Assembly: GCA_964435515.1 (NCBI GenBank)
Contig: CAYSZD010000005.1
Span: 8,813-72,812, forward strand
Direction of reading: 5' to 3'
DNA from: an uncultured Gammaproteobacteria bacterium
GTDB taxonomy: Bacteria; Patescibacteriota; Patescibacteriia; Patescibacteriales; UBA12465
Length of the DNA: 64,000 nucleotides
Positions 40,192 through 50,306 of this stretch are shown here, piece by piece. The notes under the pieces were generated by a model that worked only from the letters and a program-made list of their open reading frames with translations, had not been told where the DNA came from and searched no databases. Position 1 is the stretch's first letter. Each line of letters starts with the position of its first letter. The position numbers and the translations under genes were made by a program.

Positions 40192-41214
40192 ATGTTAAAT
40201 ATAGAAGAAAATATTAATCTGGCCTTATATGCAACGCTAAAAATTCCGGCTTTAGCTCGGTATTTTGTTGTTATTAAAAAAGAAGAAGAAATACAGGAGG
40301 CAATAAAACTGGCAAGCACTAAAAATTTAAATTTGTTTATTTTAGGCGGCGGTTCTAACATCCTATTTTCGCAAGATTTACAAGCATTAGTGATCAAAAA
40401 TGAATTGAAGGGTATAAGCATTGTGAAAGAGACAAAAGACAATGTATATCTACAAGCAGCTTCAGGTGAAGTTTGGAGTGCTTTAGTGCATTATGCTGTA
40501 AGTCGTAATTTAGGGGGAATAGAAAATCTTTTCTATGTTCCTGGAACAGTGGGGGCGGCTCCAGTGCAAAATATTGGTGCCTATGGAGTAGAGCTTAAAG
40601 ATGTATTTGAGAGTTTGAGAGCGATGGATTTAAAAAGCGGTGAAATAAAAGAATTTAGTTTAGAGGATTGTCATTTTGGCTATCGTGATTCCATCTTTAA
40701 AAATGAAGCCAAGGGTCGCTATTTTATTATTTCTATCACTCTTAGATTAACTAAAAAACCAGAGCTAAAATTAGATTATGGCGATATAAAAGCTAAATTA
40801 GAAGAGAAAAATATTAAAGAGCCAAGTGTAAAAGAAGTAGCGGAAATTATTAGAGAGATAAGGGATGCTAAATTACCTAATCCAACCGTTTTAGCAAACG
40901 CTGGTTCATTTTTTAAAAATCCAGAAGTAACTAAAGCTTTTTTTGATAAGCTACAACTTGAATATCCAGAGATTAAATATTTTCCTGGCTCAAAGGAAGG
41001 TTTAATTAAAATTCCGGCTGGCTGGTTAATTGAGCAGGCTGGTTTTAAAGGTAAACGTTTTGGCAATGTTGCTATGTATGAAAAACAAGCTTTGATTCTA
41101 GTTAATTATGGTGGTGCTAGTGCTAAAGAAGTTTTAGAACATGTAGATAGAGTACAATCTGGAGTAGAAAAAAAGTTTGGTATTAAAATAGAAGCAGAGG
41201 TAAATATTATTTAA
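40192..41214 (+). CDS. murB: UDP-N-acetylenolpyruvoylglucosamine reductase
   Basis: LGGGSN, PGTVGAAPVQNIGAYG and NAGSFFKNP. Confidence 0.96.
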   Translation: MLNIEENINLALYATLKIPALARYFVVIKKEEEIQEAIKLASTKNLNLFILGGGSNILFSQDLQALVIKNELKGISIVKETKDNVYLQAASGEVWSALVHYAVSRNLGGIENLFYVPGTVGAAPVQNIGAYGVELKDVFESLRAMDLKSGEIKEFSLEDCHFGYRDSIFKNEAKGRYFIISITLRLTKKPELKLDYGDIKAKLEEKNIKEPSVKEVAEIIREIRDAKLPNPTVLANAGSFFKNPEVTKAFFDKLQLEYPEIKYFPGSKEGLIKIPAGWLIEQAGFKGKRFGNVAMYEKQALILVNYGGASAKEVLEHVDRVQSGVEKKFGIKIEAEVNII

Positions 41215-41224
41215 TTACAATTTT

Positions 41225-43105
41225 ATGACATCATTTGAGTTAAGAAATAAATATTTAGAATTTTTTAAGAGTCATGGGCATACAATAATTCCTAGTGCCT
41301 CTTTGTTGCCAGAAAATGATTCTAGTCTACTATTTGTCAATTCAGGTATGTTTCCTTTGGTGCCCTATCTTTTAGGTGAGAAGCATCCGGCTGGTAATCG
41401 TTTGGTAAATAGTCAGAAGTCATTTAGAACAGAGGATATAGATGAGGTAGGAGATAGTCGCCATAATACTTTTTTTGAAATGTTGGGGAATTGGTCTTTT
41501 GGTGATTATTTTAAGGAAGAGCAATTAACTTGGTGGTTTGAATTTTTGTTTAATGAACTAGCTTTAGACCCTAAGAGAATATATCAAACTGTTTACGCTG
41601 GGAGTGTTGATGGGAAAATTGCTAAAGATCAAGAATCTGTTGATATTTTAAAACGTTTATTTAAAAAATATAAAGTTGAAGCAGAGGAGGGGCCAGCTAC
41701 TATCGGACCAGGAGCAGCAGGATCGGGCGAGGAATTAGATTTTTCTAAGCAACGTATTTTTGCTTATGTAGATAAGAATTGGTGGCAGAGAGGAGATGCT
41801 GTAGGCGAACTCGGTGGTCCTGATAGCGAAACTTTTTATGATACTGGTAAACCACATGATTTAGCTTATGGAGAGCATTGTCATCCTAATTGTGATTGTG
41901 GTCGTTTCTTGGAAATTGGTAATTCAGTATTTATGCAATACCAAAAAGACGTGTCAGCTTGGAAAGAGATGAAAAATAAGAATGTTGATTTTGGTGGTGG
42001 ATTAGAGAGAATTTTAATGGTTTTAAATAATACAGATAGTATTTTTAAAACAGATTTATTTAGAGCTGCTATTTTAAAAATTGAAGAGTTGTCGGGTAAA
42101 AAATATGAAGATAATAAGAGAGCCTTTGAAGTTATTGCTGATCATTTAAAAGCAGCTACTTTTATTATTGGTGATGAAAGAGGTGTTGGTCCAGCTAATA
42201 GCGACCAAGGTTATATTGTTCGTCGTTTACTGCGTCGAGCTATTCGTTATGGACGTCAATTAGGCATTAGGCAAGAACAATCTTTACAAGAAATTGCTAA
42301 AGTTTTTATAGCCGACTATCAATCATTCTATCCGGAATTACAAAAAAATAGTGCTTTTATTATAAAAGAAATAGATAAGGAAGAAGAAAAATTTAATCGA
42401 ACTTTAGAAAAAGGTATTATTGAATTTGAGAAATTAGCTCATCGTGATATTGATGGTTTGTCTGCTTTTAATCTTTATCAAAGTTATGGTTTTCCTTTAG
42501 AGATTACCGAAGAGTTGGCAGCTGAGAAGGGTTTAAGGGTGGACAGAGAAGCTTTTAAAACTGAGTTAAGAAAACATCAGGAACTTTCCAGAACGGCTTC
42601 GGCTGGTAAGTTTAAAGGAGGTTTAGCAGATAGTAGCGAAGCCACAACTAAACTACATACAGCTGCTCACTTATTATTGGCCGCTTTAAGAAAAGTATTA
42701 GGTGAACACGTCTCTCAAAAGGGAAGTAATATAACAGCTGAACGCTTGCGTTTTGATTTTTCGCATCCAGAAAAAATGACAATAGAGCAAATAGCGGCGG
42801 TTGAAGATTTAGTTAATGGGGCTATTAGTGCTGGCTTGGATATGGATTTTGAAGAACTTTCTTTATCTGAGGCTAAGGCTAGCGGCGCAACTGGAGTTTT
42901 TGATTCTAAGTATGGTGATAGGGTAAAGGTTTATACTGCTGGTAAAAATAATGGCGCTAGTCATAAAGATTGGGATGAAATTTTTTCTCGAGAAATATGC
43001 GGAGGGCCCCATGTCAGTAGTTTAAAAAATTTAGGACATTTTAAAATAAGCAAAGAAGAGGCCTCTTCTTCCGGTGTTAGACGAATAAAAGCAACTTTAG
43101 AATAG
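41225..43105 (+). CDS. alaS: Alanine--tRNA ligase (lacks C-Ala domain)
   Basis: LLFVNSGM, HNTFFEMLGNWS, HTAAH, EICGGPH; ends at SSGVRRIKA. Confidence 0.96.
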   Translation: MTSFELRNKYLEFFKSHGHTIIPSASLLPENDSSLLFVNSGMFPLVPYLLGEKHPAGNRLVNSQKSFRTEDIDEVGDSRHNTFFEMLGNWSFGDYFKEEQLTWWFEFLFNELALDPKRIYQTVYAGSVDGKIAKDQESVDILKRLFKKYKVEAEEGPATIGPGAAGSGEELDFSKQRIFAYVDKNWWQRGDAVGELGGPDSETFYDTGKPHDLAYGEHCHPNCDCGRFLEIGNSVFMQYQKDVSAWKEMKNKNVDFGGGLERILMVLNNTDSIFKTDLFRAAILKIEELSGKKYEDNKRAFEVIADHLKAATFIIGDERGVGPANSDQGYIVRRLLRRAIRYGRQLGIRQEQSLQEIAKVFIADYQSFYPELQKNSAFIIKEIDKEEEKFNRTLEKGIIEFEKLAHRDIDGLSAFNLYQSYGFPLEITEELAAEKGLRVDREAFKTELRKHQELSRTASAGKFKGGLADSSEATTKLHTAAHLLLAALRKVLGEHVSQKGSNITAERLRFDFSHPEKMTIEQIAAVEDLVNGAISAGLDMDFEELSLSEAKASGATGVFDSKYGDRVKVYTAGKNNGASHKDWDEIFSREICGGPHVSSLKNLGHFKISKEEASSSGVRRIKATLE

Positions 43106-43141
43106 AGGCTTATTTTACAGATATTTGATTAGCTAGTATGC

Positions 43142-43170
43142 TTGACAATTTTTCGCTGACTCTATATACT
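43142..43170 (+). promoter_or_regulatory. Sigma70 promoter of infA-alpha operon
   Basis: TTGACA-N17-TATACT. Confidence 0.8.
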
Positions 43171-43263
43171 ATTTCCATTGAGAGTAATCATATGATTACA
43201 GTGCAATATTTCTAAAAAATTTTGATAAGACTAGTTTTTGTCTTTATCAATTTTTTTGTGTTA

Positions 43264-43521
43264 ATGTCAAAATATCAATCTAAAAATCAAGAAAGTGCTG
43301 AAACTTTAAACGCTAAGGATTTTATTGAAATCCAAGGCGAAGTGTTAGAGCTGATGCCGGCTGCTACTTTTCGTGTTAAATTAGATAGCGGTCATGAAAT
43401 CATGGCTCACTTATCTGGTAAAATGAGGATGAATAGGATTAAGCTACTTCCGGGCGATAGAGTTCGTATGCAAATGAGTCCCTACGATCTGACTAAAGGT
43501 CGGATTATATTCCGACTCTAA
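43264..43521 (+). CDS. infA: Translation initiation factor IF-1
   Basis: AHLSGKMRMNRIKLLPGDRV..SPYDLTKGRI; ATG at 43264. Confidence 0.96.
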   Translation: MSKYQSKNQESAETLNAKDFIEIQGEVLELMPAATFRVKLDSGHEIMAHLSGKMRMNRIKLLPGDRVRMQMSPYDLTKGRIIFRL

Positions 43522-43570
43522 TTAGTTTAGTGTTTTTATATTTTTGTTGATAAAATTTTTTAAATAGTCT

Positions 43571-43684
43571 ATGAAAGTAAGAGCTAGTGCTAAAAAAATC
43601 TGTAAAGATTGTAAAATAGTTCGCCGTAAAGGGCGAGTTGTTGTAATTTGTAAAAATCCTAAGCATAAACAAAGGCAAGGATAA
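43571..43684 (+). CDS. rpmJ: 50S ribosomal protein L36 (not in ORF track)
   Basis: Translated by hand: [37 protein letters not shown]. Confidence 0.97.
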   Translation: MKVRASAKKICKDCKIVRRKGRVVVICKNPKHKQRQG

Positions 43685-43697
43685 TTATTTTGCTATT

Positions 43698-44087
43698 ATG
43701 GTTATAAGAATTGCGGGTGTTACCATACCCACTGACAAAAAAATTGATATAGCCCTTACCTATATTTACGGTATCGGTCTTAGTCGTGCTCAAAAGATTT
43801 TGGCTGATGTAAAAATTGATCAAGATATTAAGGCTAAGGACTTAAAAGAAGAAGAGGCTAATATTCTACGTGAACAGATTGAAAAGAAGTATCTAGTTGA
43901 AGGTGATTTGCGCCGTGAGGTTGCAGGTAATATCAAACGTCTAAAAGAAATAGCTTGTTATCGCGGTCAACGTCATAGTCGTAATTTGCCAGCAAGAGGA
44001 CAGAGAACTAAAACTAATAGTCGTACAGTTCGAGGTAATAAGCGTAATACCATGGCTAGTGGTAAAGTTAAGGCTCAGAAGACCTAA
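43698..44087 (+). CDS. rpsM: 30S ribosomal protein S13
   Basis: RIAGV, YIYGIG and [11 protein letters not shown]. Confidence 0.97.
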   Translation: MVIRIAGVTIPTDKKIDIALTYIYGIGLSRAQKILADVKIDQDIKAKDLKEEEANILREQIEKKYLVEGDLRREVAGNIKRLKEIACYRGQRHSRNLPARGQRTKTNSRTVRGNKRNTMASGKVKAQKT

Positions 44088-44123
44088 ACTTAAATATTTT
44101 GTATAGATTAAATTTATATAATT

Positions 44124-44732
44124 ATGTCTGAAGAAAAGAAATCAAATCCAGAAGAAGAAAAATCAGAGGCTAAAAGCTCTGAGCTTTTATCTAAGGGAAA
44201 CAAAAAAGAAGAAATAAAAGAAAGTGCTAAAGATGATGATAAGGATGAAGGCCTGGCTTTTTCTCTGGATAATAATGCTGACGAGGAATTACCAGATGAT
44301 ATTAAGCAAAAATTGGAAAAGAATAAACAGGCAAGAGCTAAAAAGAAATTAGTTAAAAAAAGAAAAAAAAGAACTGCTAGAGTTGTTAAAGTCGGTAGAG
44401 CTTATATCAATGCTACTTATAATAACACCATGGTAACTATTGCTGATAATAATGGTGATGTTATCTCTTGGGCTAGTGCTGGTATAGCTGGTTTTAAGGG
44501 GGCTAAGAAGGCAACTCCTTATGCAGCTCAGATTATTGCAAAAATTGCTATTCAAAAAGCTAAAGAAGAATATGGATTGCAGGAAGTAAGTGTATTTGTA
44601 TCTGGTGTTGGTACTGGTAGGGAATCTGCAATTCGTTCTCTTAATGCTAATGGTTTAGAAGTTTCATCTATTAAAGACACGACCTCTGTTCCTCATAACG
44701 GCTGTCGTCCTAAAAAACCAAGAAGGGTTTAA
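44124..44732 (+). CDS. rpsK: 30S ribosomal protein S11 with long charged N-terminal extension
   Basis: [15 protein letters not shown] and PHNGCRP. Confidence 0.96.
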   Translation: MSEEKKSNPEEEKSEAKSSELLSKGNKKEEIKESAKDDDKDEGLAFSLDNNADEELPDDIKQKLEKNKQARAKKKLVKKRKKRTARVVKVGRAYINATYNNTMVTIADNNGDVISWASAGIAGFKGAKKATPYAAQIIAKIAIQKAKEEYGLQEVSVFVSGVGTGRESAIRSLNANGLEVSSIKDTTSVPHNGCRPKKPRRV

Positions 44733-44748
44733 TTAAGTATTAATTCAT

Positions 44749-45381
44749 ATGGGAAGAAATTTAGACAGTAAGTGTCAACAATGCCGACGAGTCGGTGAAA
44801 AACTATTTTTAAAGGGTGAGCGTTGTAATACTCCAAAGTGTGCCATGGTGAAACGTAATTATCCACCAGGTTTTCACGGACCAGTTAAAGGTAGAAGAAA
44901 ATTAAGTGATTACGGTACTCAATTAACAGAAAAGCAAAAGGCTAAGAAATATTATAACGTCATGGAAAAGCAATTTCGTTTAACCTTCGAAAAAGCTGCT
45001 CGTAAGAGTGGTGATGCTGGAAAAAACTTTTTGCGTGCTTTAGAGATGCGTTTAGATAATGTAATTTTCCGTCTTGGTTTTGCAGCTTCTCGCAATCAAG
45101 CTAGACAATTAGTGAATCATGGTCATTTTGAAGTTAATGGAGTGAAAACTGATATACCTTCATTTGTGGTAAAAGCTGGTCAAGAAATTGCAGTTCGTGC
45201 TCGTATTCGTAAAAGTCCATATTTTAAAACAATGCCTGAAAGTTTAAAAAAGGCAGAGGTTCCAGCTTGGCTTAATCTACAAGCAGCTGATTTAAAGGCC
45301 AAAGTTTTACACGAACCAGCTGATACTGATTTACCTACCAATATTAATGTTCAAATGATTATTGAATATTATTCAAAATAA
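44749..45381 (+). CDS. rpsD: 30S ribosomal protein S4 (Zn-binding type)
   Basis: CQQCRR..KGERC..KC and LEMRLDNVIFRLG. Confidence 0.97.
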   Translation: MGRNLDSKCQQCRRVGEKLFLKGERCNTPKCAMVKRNYPPGFHGPVKGRRKLSDYGTQLTEKQKAKKYYNVMEKQFRLTFEKAARKSGDAGKNFLRALEMRLDNVIFRLGFAASRNQARQLVNHGHFEVNGVKTDIPSFVVKAGQEIAVRARIRKSPYFKTMPESLKKAEVPAWLNLQAADLKAKVLHEPADTDLPTNINVQMIIEYYSK

Positions 45382-45457
45382 TCTGTCGCAGGGTACGTAG
45401 AGGAGGCTTAAATTATTATTAATTTAAGTAAAACTACGTATTAGCGGCCAATATTTT

Positions 45458-46267
45458 ATGGAAAATATCGCTTTAGCAAAAAAAGTAGAATATCAAAAAG
45501 GTGCCAATGACCATGAGGGCGTTGTAGTGGTAGAACCTTTATATCCTGGTTACGGGATGACATTGGGTAATTCATTGCGTCGCGCTCTCCTATCTTCTTT
45601 GCCAGGAGCGGCAGTAGTGGGTGTAAAAATAAAAGGAGCTAGCCATGAGTTTATGGCATTACCAAATGTTCAAGAAGATGTTTTAGAAATAATTTTAAAT
45701 ATTAAGCAATTACGTTTAAAGATTCATGGTGACGAAGAAGTTCGTCTAGAATTAAAAGTAAAGGGTAAAAAAGTTGTTACAGCGGCTGATATTAGTAAAA
45801 ATAGTGATGTTGAAATACAAAATTTAGATCTAGTAATAGCTAACTTAACTGACGATAAGGCAAGTTTAGAGGTAGAAATTGTGGCTCAACCTGGACGTGG
45901 TTATCGTATGAGTGAAGGTGCTAAGAGAGAAAATGTTGAATTAGGTTTTATTGAAATTGATTCTATTTTTTCTCCAGTTTTAGCAGTTAGTTTAAATGTT
46001 GAAAATGCTCGTGTTGGTAAAATGACGAACTGGGATAAATTATTAATTCATATTAAAACAGATGGTACTATTAGTCCAATGGAAGCTTTTAATGAAGCTA
46101 CTGATATATTAGTTCAACAGCTTTCTGCTCTTTTACCAGGAGCTCAAGCAAAAGAAGTAGAGCTTGAAATAGTAGAAGATGAACAAAAAGAAGAAGCTGA
46201 AACTTTGATTGAGGAAGAGGTAGAAGAAAAACCTAAAAAAACTAGCAAAAAGACGGCTAAAAAATAA
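45458..46267 (+). CDS. rpoA: RNA polymerase alpha subunit (NTD only, charged tail in place of CTD)
   Basis: EPLYPGYGMTLGNSLRRALLSS and DSIFSPV; 269 aa. Confidence 0.95.
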   Translation: MENIALAKKVEYQKGANDHEGVVVVEPLYPGYGMTLGNSLRRALLSSLPGAAVVGVKIKGASHEFMALPNVQEDVLEIILNIKQLRLKIHGDEEVRLELKVKGKKVVTAADISKNSDVEIQNLDLVIANLTDDKASLEVEIVAQPGRGYRMSEGAKRENVELGFIEIDSIFSPVLAVSLNVENARVGKMTNWDKLLIHIKTDGTISPMEAFNEATDILVQQLSALLPGAQAKEVELEIVEDEQKEEAETLIEEEVEEKPKKTSKKTAKK

Positions 46268-46287
46268 GCCATTCCTAATTTTAATAT

Positions 46288-46638
46288 ATGCGTCACAGAA
46301 ACACTAATAAAATTTTAGATAGAGCTAAGGCTCCACGTGAGCTTATGCTTCGTAATTTAGCTTCTAGTATTTTAATTTACGAAAAAGTTAAAACAACCAA
46401 AGCTAAAGCGCAGGCAGTTAGACCTTTAGTGGAAAAAATGATTACTTCGGCTAAGGTCGGTGATCTTAATGCTCGCCGCGGTCTGATTAAAGTTTTATTA
46501 CAAAAAAATGCCATTAAAAAATCAATGGAAGTATTAGGAAAACGTTATCAAGATCGTTCTGGTGGTTATACTAGAACTACAAAGCTTGGTGTACGTAAAG
46601 GAGATGGTGCAGAAATGGTTCAGATTGAACTTGTTTAA
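46288..46638 (+). CDS. rplQ: 50S ribosomal protein L17
   Basis: MRHR, TTKAKA and RSGGYTR..RKGDGA. Confidence 0.97.
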   Translation: MRHRNTNKILDRAKAPRELMLRNLASSILIYEKVKTTKAKAQAVRPLVEKMITSAKVGDLNARRGLIKVLLQKNAIKKSMEVLGKRYQDRSGGYTRTTKLGVRKGDGAEMVQIELV

Positions 46639-46655
46639 TTAGCCCTTTATTTTAT

Positions 46656-47012
46656 ATGAATAAAATCGAAAGAAAAATCCATAAAATTGATGCCAGCGAA
46701 CAAGCAATTGGTCGTTTAGCTAGTAGTATTGCTATTATCTTGCGCGGTAAGAATAAGCCTGAATTTCAACCACATTTAGATGAAGGTGATATTGTTGAAG
46801 TTATAAATATTACCAAAGTATCGTTTAGCGGTAAAAAAATGTTACAGAAGAAATATTTTAGTTATTCTGGCTATCAAAGTGGTTTAAAAACAAAAAGAAT
46901 GTCAGAGGTTTTTGAAAAGAATCCTGGTGAAGTATTACGTCATGCCGTGAAGCAGATGTTGCCACCGACTAAATTGCGAGATGCGCAAATGAAACGTTTA
47001 ATCATTAGATAA
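46656..47012 (+). CDS. rplM: 50S ribosomal protein L13 (short)
   Basis: IDA..GRLAS..LRGKNKP, GDIV and AVKQMLP. Confidence 0.95.
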   Translation: MNKIERKIHKIDASEQAIGRLASSIAIILRGKNKPEFQPHLDEGDIVEVINITKVSFSGKKMLQKKYFSYSGYQSGLKTKRMSEVFEKNPGEVLRHAVKQMLPPTKLRDAQMKRLIIR

Positions 47013-47024
47013 TTTAATTTCTCT

Positions 47025-47579
47025 ATGGAAAAGAAAACAACAACAGTAAAAGACAAAAAGCCAGCCAAGGCTCCTGTCGTTACTAAAGATTTAAAAGAAA
47101 CAAAAGATGAGTTTCAAGATATCGATGAAATGCAAGATTTTCAAGAAAGCAAGGAAAGTCGAGAGTTAAATTTAGAAACTTTTGAATTTAAGGGTGAATA
47201 TTTACAAGCAGTAGGACGTCGCAAGACTTCAGTGGCTCAAGTAAGAATGTATAAAGATGGTAAGGGTATTATTGTTATTAATGGTAAGAAAGGTTCTCAT
47301 TATTTTGTTCGTGGTGGACTTAGCACTGCTATCCAGCCACTTAAGGCAACTGGTCATGTTCGTGATTTGAATTTTTCTATTATTGTTAAAGGCGGAGGAG
47401 TTAGTGGCCAAATTGAAGCTTGTCGTCATGGTATTGCTCGTACTCTTTTGCTTTTAGATCCATTGTTAAAAGATGCTTTAAAAGTGCATGGCTTCATGAC
47501 TAGAGATCCTCGTCAGAAAGAAAGAAAGAAACCTGGTCTTAAAGGTGCTCGTAAGAGACCACAGTGGAGCAAGCGTTAA
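47025..47579 (+). CDS. rpsI: 30S ribosomal protein S9 with N-terminal extension
   Basis: GRRKTSVA, GGGVSGQ and RKKPGLKGARKRPQWSKR. Confidence 0.97.
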   Translation: MEKKTTTVKDKKPAKAPVVTKDLKETKDEFQDIDEMQDFQESKESRELNLETFEFKGEYLQAVGRRKTSVAQVRMYKDGKGIIVINGKKGSHYFVRGGLSTAIQPLKATGHVRDLNFSIIVKGGGVSGQIEACRHGIARTLLLLDPLLKDALKVHGFMTRDPRQKERKKPGLKGARKRPQWSKR

Positions 47580-47600
47580 AAATATATTTATGTTATTTAT

Positions 47601-47626
47601 AAAACCCTCTATTTTAGAGGGTTTTT
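47601..47626 (+). terminator. Terminator after rpsI
   Basis: AAAACCCTCT-ATTTT-AGAGGGTTTTT. Confidence 0.8.
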
Positions 47627-47675
47627 GTTTTAAGTTATTATTGTCTTTAAAAATAAACTACTATATACTAGTAAT

Positions 47676-48770
47676 ATGTTAAGTATTGATAACATTACAA
47701 AAGAATTAGACAACTTAGAGCAAAGGCGACTATTATTAGTGGCCAATTTAGATTTGGAAAAACAGAAGGAGGAAATATCGGATTTAAGGAATAAAATGCA
47801 AGCTCCTGACTTTTGGAATAACCAGGAAGAGGCGACCAAGGTAAGTCGTAAGGCTGAGTTATTGCAAAAGGACTGGGACAAATGGAATAATTTAGAGTTA
47901 GCCTTAGTTGAAATTAGAGAATTATTGGTTTTAGCGGATAATGATAAGACCTTATTACTTGATATCGAAAAAAGCTTAAGTGTGTTAAATACTGACTTAG
48001 ATAACTTAGAACTACTCACTCTGTATAATGGCCCCTATGATGACAGGACGGCTATTTTAAGCATTAGCACCGGAACTGGAGGCGTAGATGCTCAAGATTG
48101 GACACAGATGTTAGAGCGTATGTATTTACGTTTTGCAGAGAAACAGGGGTGGAAAGTGGAAATACTTGATAGAGTAATTGCTAATGAGGCGGGAATTAAA
48201 AGTGTGATGATGAAAATAAGCGGTTTAAGAGCTTATGGTAATTTAAAAAGTGAAAATGGTACTCATCGGCTTTTACGTAATTCACCTTTTAATGCAGATG
48301 GTTTGCGTCAGACTTCTTTTGCATCAGTGGAAATTGTGCCCGAAATACAAGCGCAAGAGATTGATATTAAAAATGAAGATGTGCGTTTAGATGTTTTTCG
48401 CTCCAGTGGTCCTGGTGGTCAAAGTGTTAATACTACCGATTCCGCTGTGCGTTTAGTGCATTTGCCAACAGGTATAGTGGTTAGCTGTCAGAGTGAAAGA
48501 TCTCAGTTCCAAAATAAGGAAAATGCTTATGCTATATTAAGAGCTAAACTGACAAAATTAGAATTAGATAGACAAGATAAGGAAGCTAAAAGTTTAAAAG
48601 GTCAGGTTAAGGCAGAGTGGGGTCAGCAAATTCGTTCATATTGGCTTTATGGTAATCGTTTAGTGAAGGATCATCGAACAGATTATTCTGATAGTGATGT
48701 AGATGGTGTTTTAGATGGAAAACTGGAAGCTTTTATTGCTGCCTATTTAAGGTTAAATGCCAGTCATTAA
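47676..48770 (+). CDS. prfB: Peptide chain release factor 2 (no programmed frameshift)
   Basis: SPF anticodon-mimic motif, GGQ and DAQDW; continuous ORF. Confidence 0.93.
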   Translation: MLSIDNITKELDNLEQRRLLLVANLDLEKQKEEISDLRNKMQAPDFWNNQEEATKVSRKAELLQKDWDKWNNLELALVEIRELLVLADNDKTLLLDIEKSLSVLNTDLDNLELLTLYNGPYDDRTAILSISTGTGGVDAQDWTQMLERMYLRFAEKQGWKVEILDRVIANEAGIKSVMMKISGLRAYGNLKSENGTHRLLRNSPFNADGLRQTSFASVEIVPEIQAQEIDIKNEDVRLDVFRSSGPGGQSVNTTDSAVRLVHLPTGIVVSCQSERSQFQNKENAYAILRAKLTKLELDRQDKEAKSLKGQVKAEWGQQIRSYWLYGNRLVKDHRTDYSDSDVDGVLDGKLEAFIAAYLRLNASH

Positions 48771-48815
48771 AAATATTTTATATTTTTGTTATTAAGCTGT
48801 TAATTTAATAAGATT

Positions 48816-50306
48816 ATGATAAAAGAGATGAATAAATCTCTTTTTTCTTATGCCATTTCTTTTTTTAGTGGACTTTTAGTTGCTCATTATTGCGGCTATT
48901 ATTGTGATAAGCGCTTTTTATTTATTATTATTTTTTTAGCTTTTATTTTTTGGCGTAATAAATATTGGCGTTTTATTTCATTAATAATAGCTTTCTTTAT
49001 TTTGGCTACTGTACGCATGAATTTTGTTTATGATCGAGTTAGTTACTTCTCTCAATATTGGGGTGAGAATCATAATTGGAATTTTTGGATTTGTGCTGAT
49101 CCTGAGCCTGATTGGGATAAGCAAATTGTATATTTATGTTCAGATGAACATATTAAGTTGAAAGAGAAGGTAATCGCTTATCTGCCTTTGTATCCGCGTG
49201 TAAATTATGGAGATAAGTTAGAAGTAAATTGTACGTTAGAGCAACCAATAGTATTTGCAGATTTTAATTATGCGGCTTATTTAAAGATAAAAGGTATTAG
49301 CAGTATTTGTTCTTGGCCCAAGGTAATAAGTGTAGAGCAGGGGATTGGGGCTAATGTGCTTAGTTTGAGATTGTTTCGTTTTAAGCGACAAGCACTAGAT
49401 TATTTAAATTATTATCTACCCGAGCCCCAGTCTGGTTTAGCCAGTGCTTTACTTTTGGGTTATAAAAAAACATTATACGAAGAAGAATCAGAGGCTTTGA
49501 GAAAAGCGGGGCTTAGCCATTTAATTGCTATTTCTGGCGCTCATATTAGTTTATTTATTTATTTAATGATAAGTCTACTCACTTATTTAGGTTTATATAA
49601 AAAACAAGCTTTAATACCAGCTTTTTTATTAGCCATTCTTTATGTTTTTATCACTGGCCTACAAGCTTCAGCTTTACGTTCTTTAATTATGGGGGGATTC
49701 ATTTTATATTGTTGGCAAAGTGGACGTTTCAAAAATTCTTTTAATTTACTGCTACTAGCAGCGATGATTATGTTATATTTTAAGCCTCTGCTTTGGCTCT
49801 ATGATTTAGGCTTTCAACTCTCCTTTAGCGCCTTAATCGGGATAATTTTTCTTCAGCCTCTATTTAAGAAGCTGATGATAAGATATTGTTCTAGTCTTTA
49901 TTACTCTCGTGCGCAAATAATTTTTGATTCATTCTTTCTATCTCTTTCGGCCCAATTATTAATTTGGCCTATTTTAGCCTTGCAAATGGGGACAGTGTCT
50001 TTAATATCGCCTATTACTAATGTATTTGCTTTTTTTGTTTTTAGTCCTTTAATGTTAAGTCTCTTAATTGCCTTAGCTTTAAGTTTTATTGGTTTGTCTT
50101 CACTAGTATTATTTTTTCCAGCTTATATTTTTTTAGAATATATATTAATAGTTTGTAGATTTTTATCTTCTTGGAAATTATCTTTTATTACTGTAAATAA
50201 TTTTAATTGGCAGATAGCTTTATGTTATTACCTTTTTTTATTATTTTTTATATTTTTAAGCCAAAAACATAAAAAGAGTCATCAAAAAAGATTAGATATT
50301 AGTTAA
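48816..50306 (+). CDS. comEC: ComEC/Rec2 competence protein (OB + competence domain, no beta-lactamase domain)
   Basis: GLSHLIAISGAH, ASALRS and DLGFQLSF. Confidence 0.9.
   Translation: MIKEMNKSLFSYAISFFSGLLVAHYCGYYCDKRFLFIIIFLAFIFWRNKYWRFISLIIAFFILATVRMNFVYDRVSYFSQYWGENHNWNFWICADPEPDWDKQIVYLCSDEHIKLKEKVIAYLPLYPRVNYGDKLEVNCTLEQPIVFADFNYAAYLKIKGISSICSWPKVISVEQGIGANVLSLRLFRFKRQALDYLNYYLPEPQSGLASALLLGYKKTLYEEESEALRKAGLSHLIAISGAHISLFIYLMISLLTYLGLYKKQALIPAFLLAILYVFITGLQASALRSLIMGGFILYCWQSGRFKNSFNLLLLAAMIMLYFKPLLWLYDLGFQLSFSALIGIIFLQPLFKKLMIRYCSSLYYSRAQIIFDSFFLSLSAQLLIWPILALQMGTVSLISPITNVFAFFVFSPLMLSLLIALALSFIGLSSLVLFFPAYIFLEYILIVCRFLSSWKLSFITVNNFNWQIALCYYLFLLFFIFLSQKHKKSHQKRLDIS

Noticed and set aside
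47730-47760. Programmed +1 frameshift in prfB
   Set aside because: There is no CTT-TGA site and the ORF is continuous.
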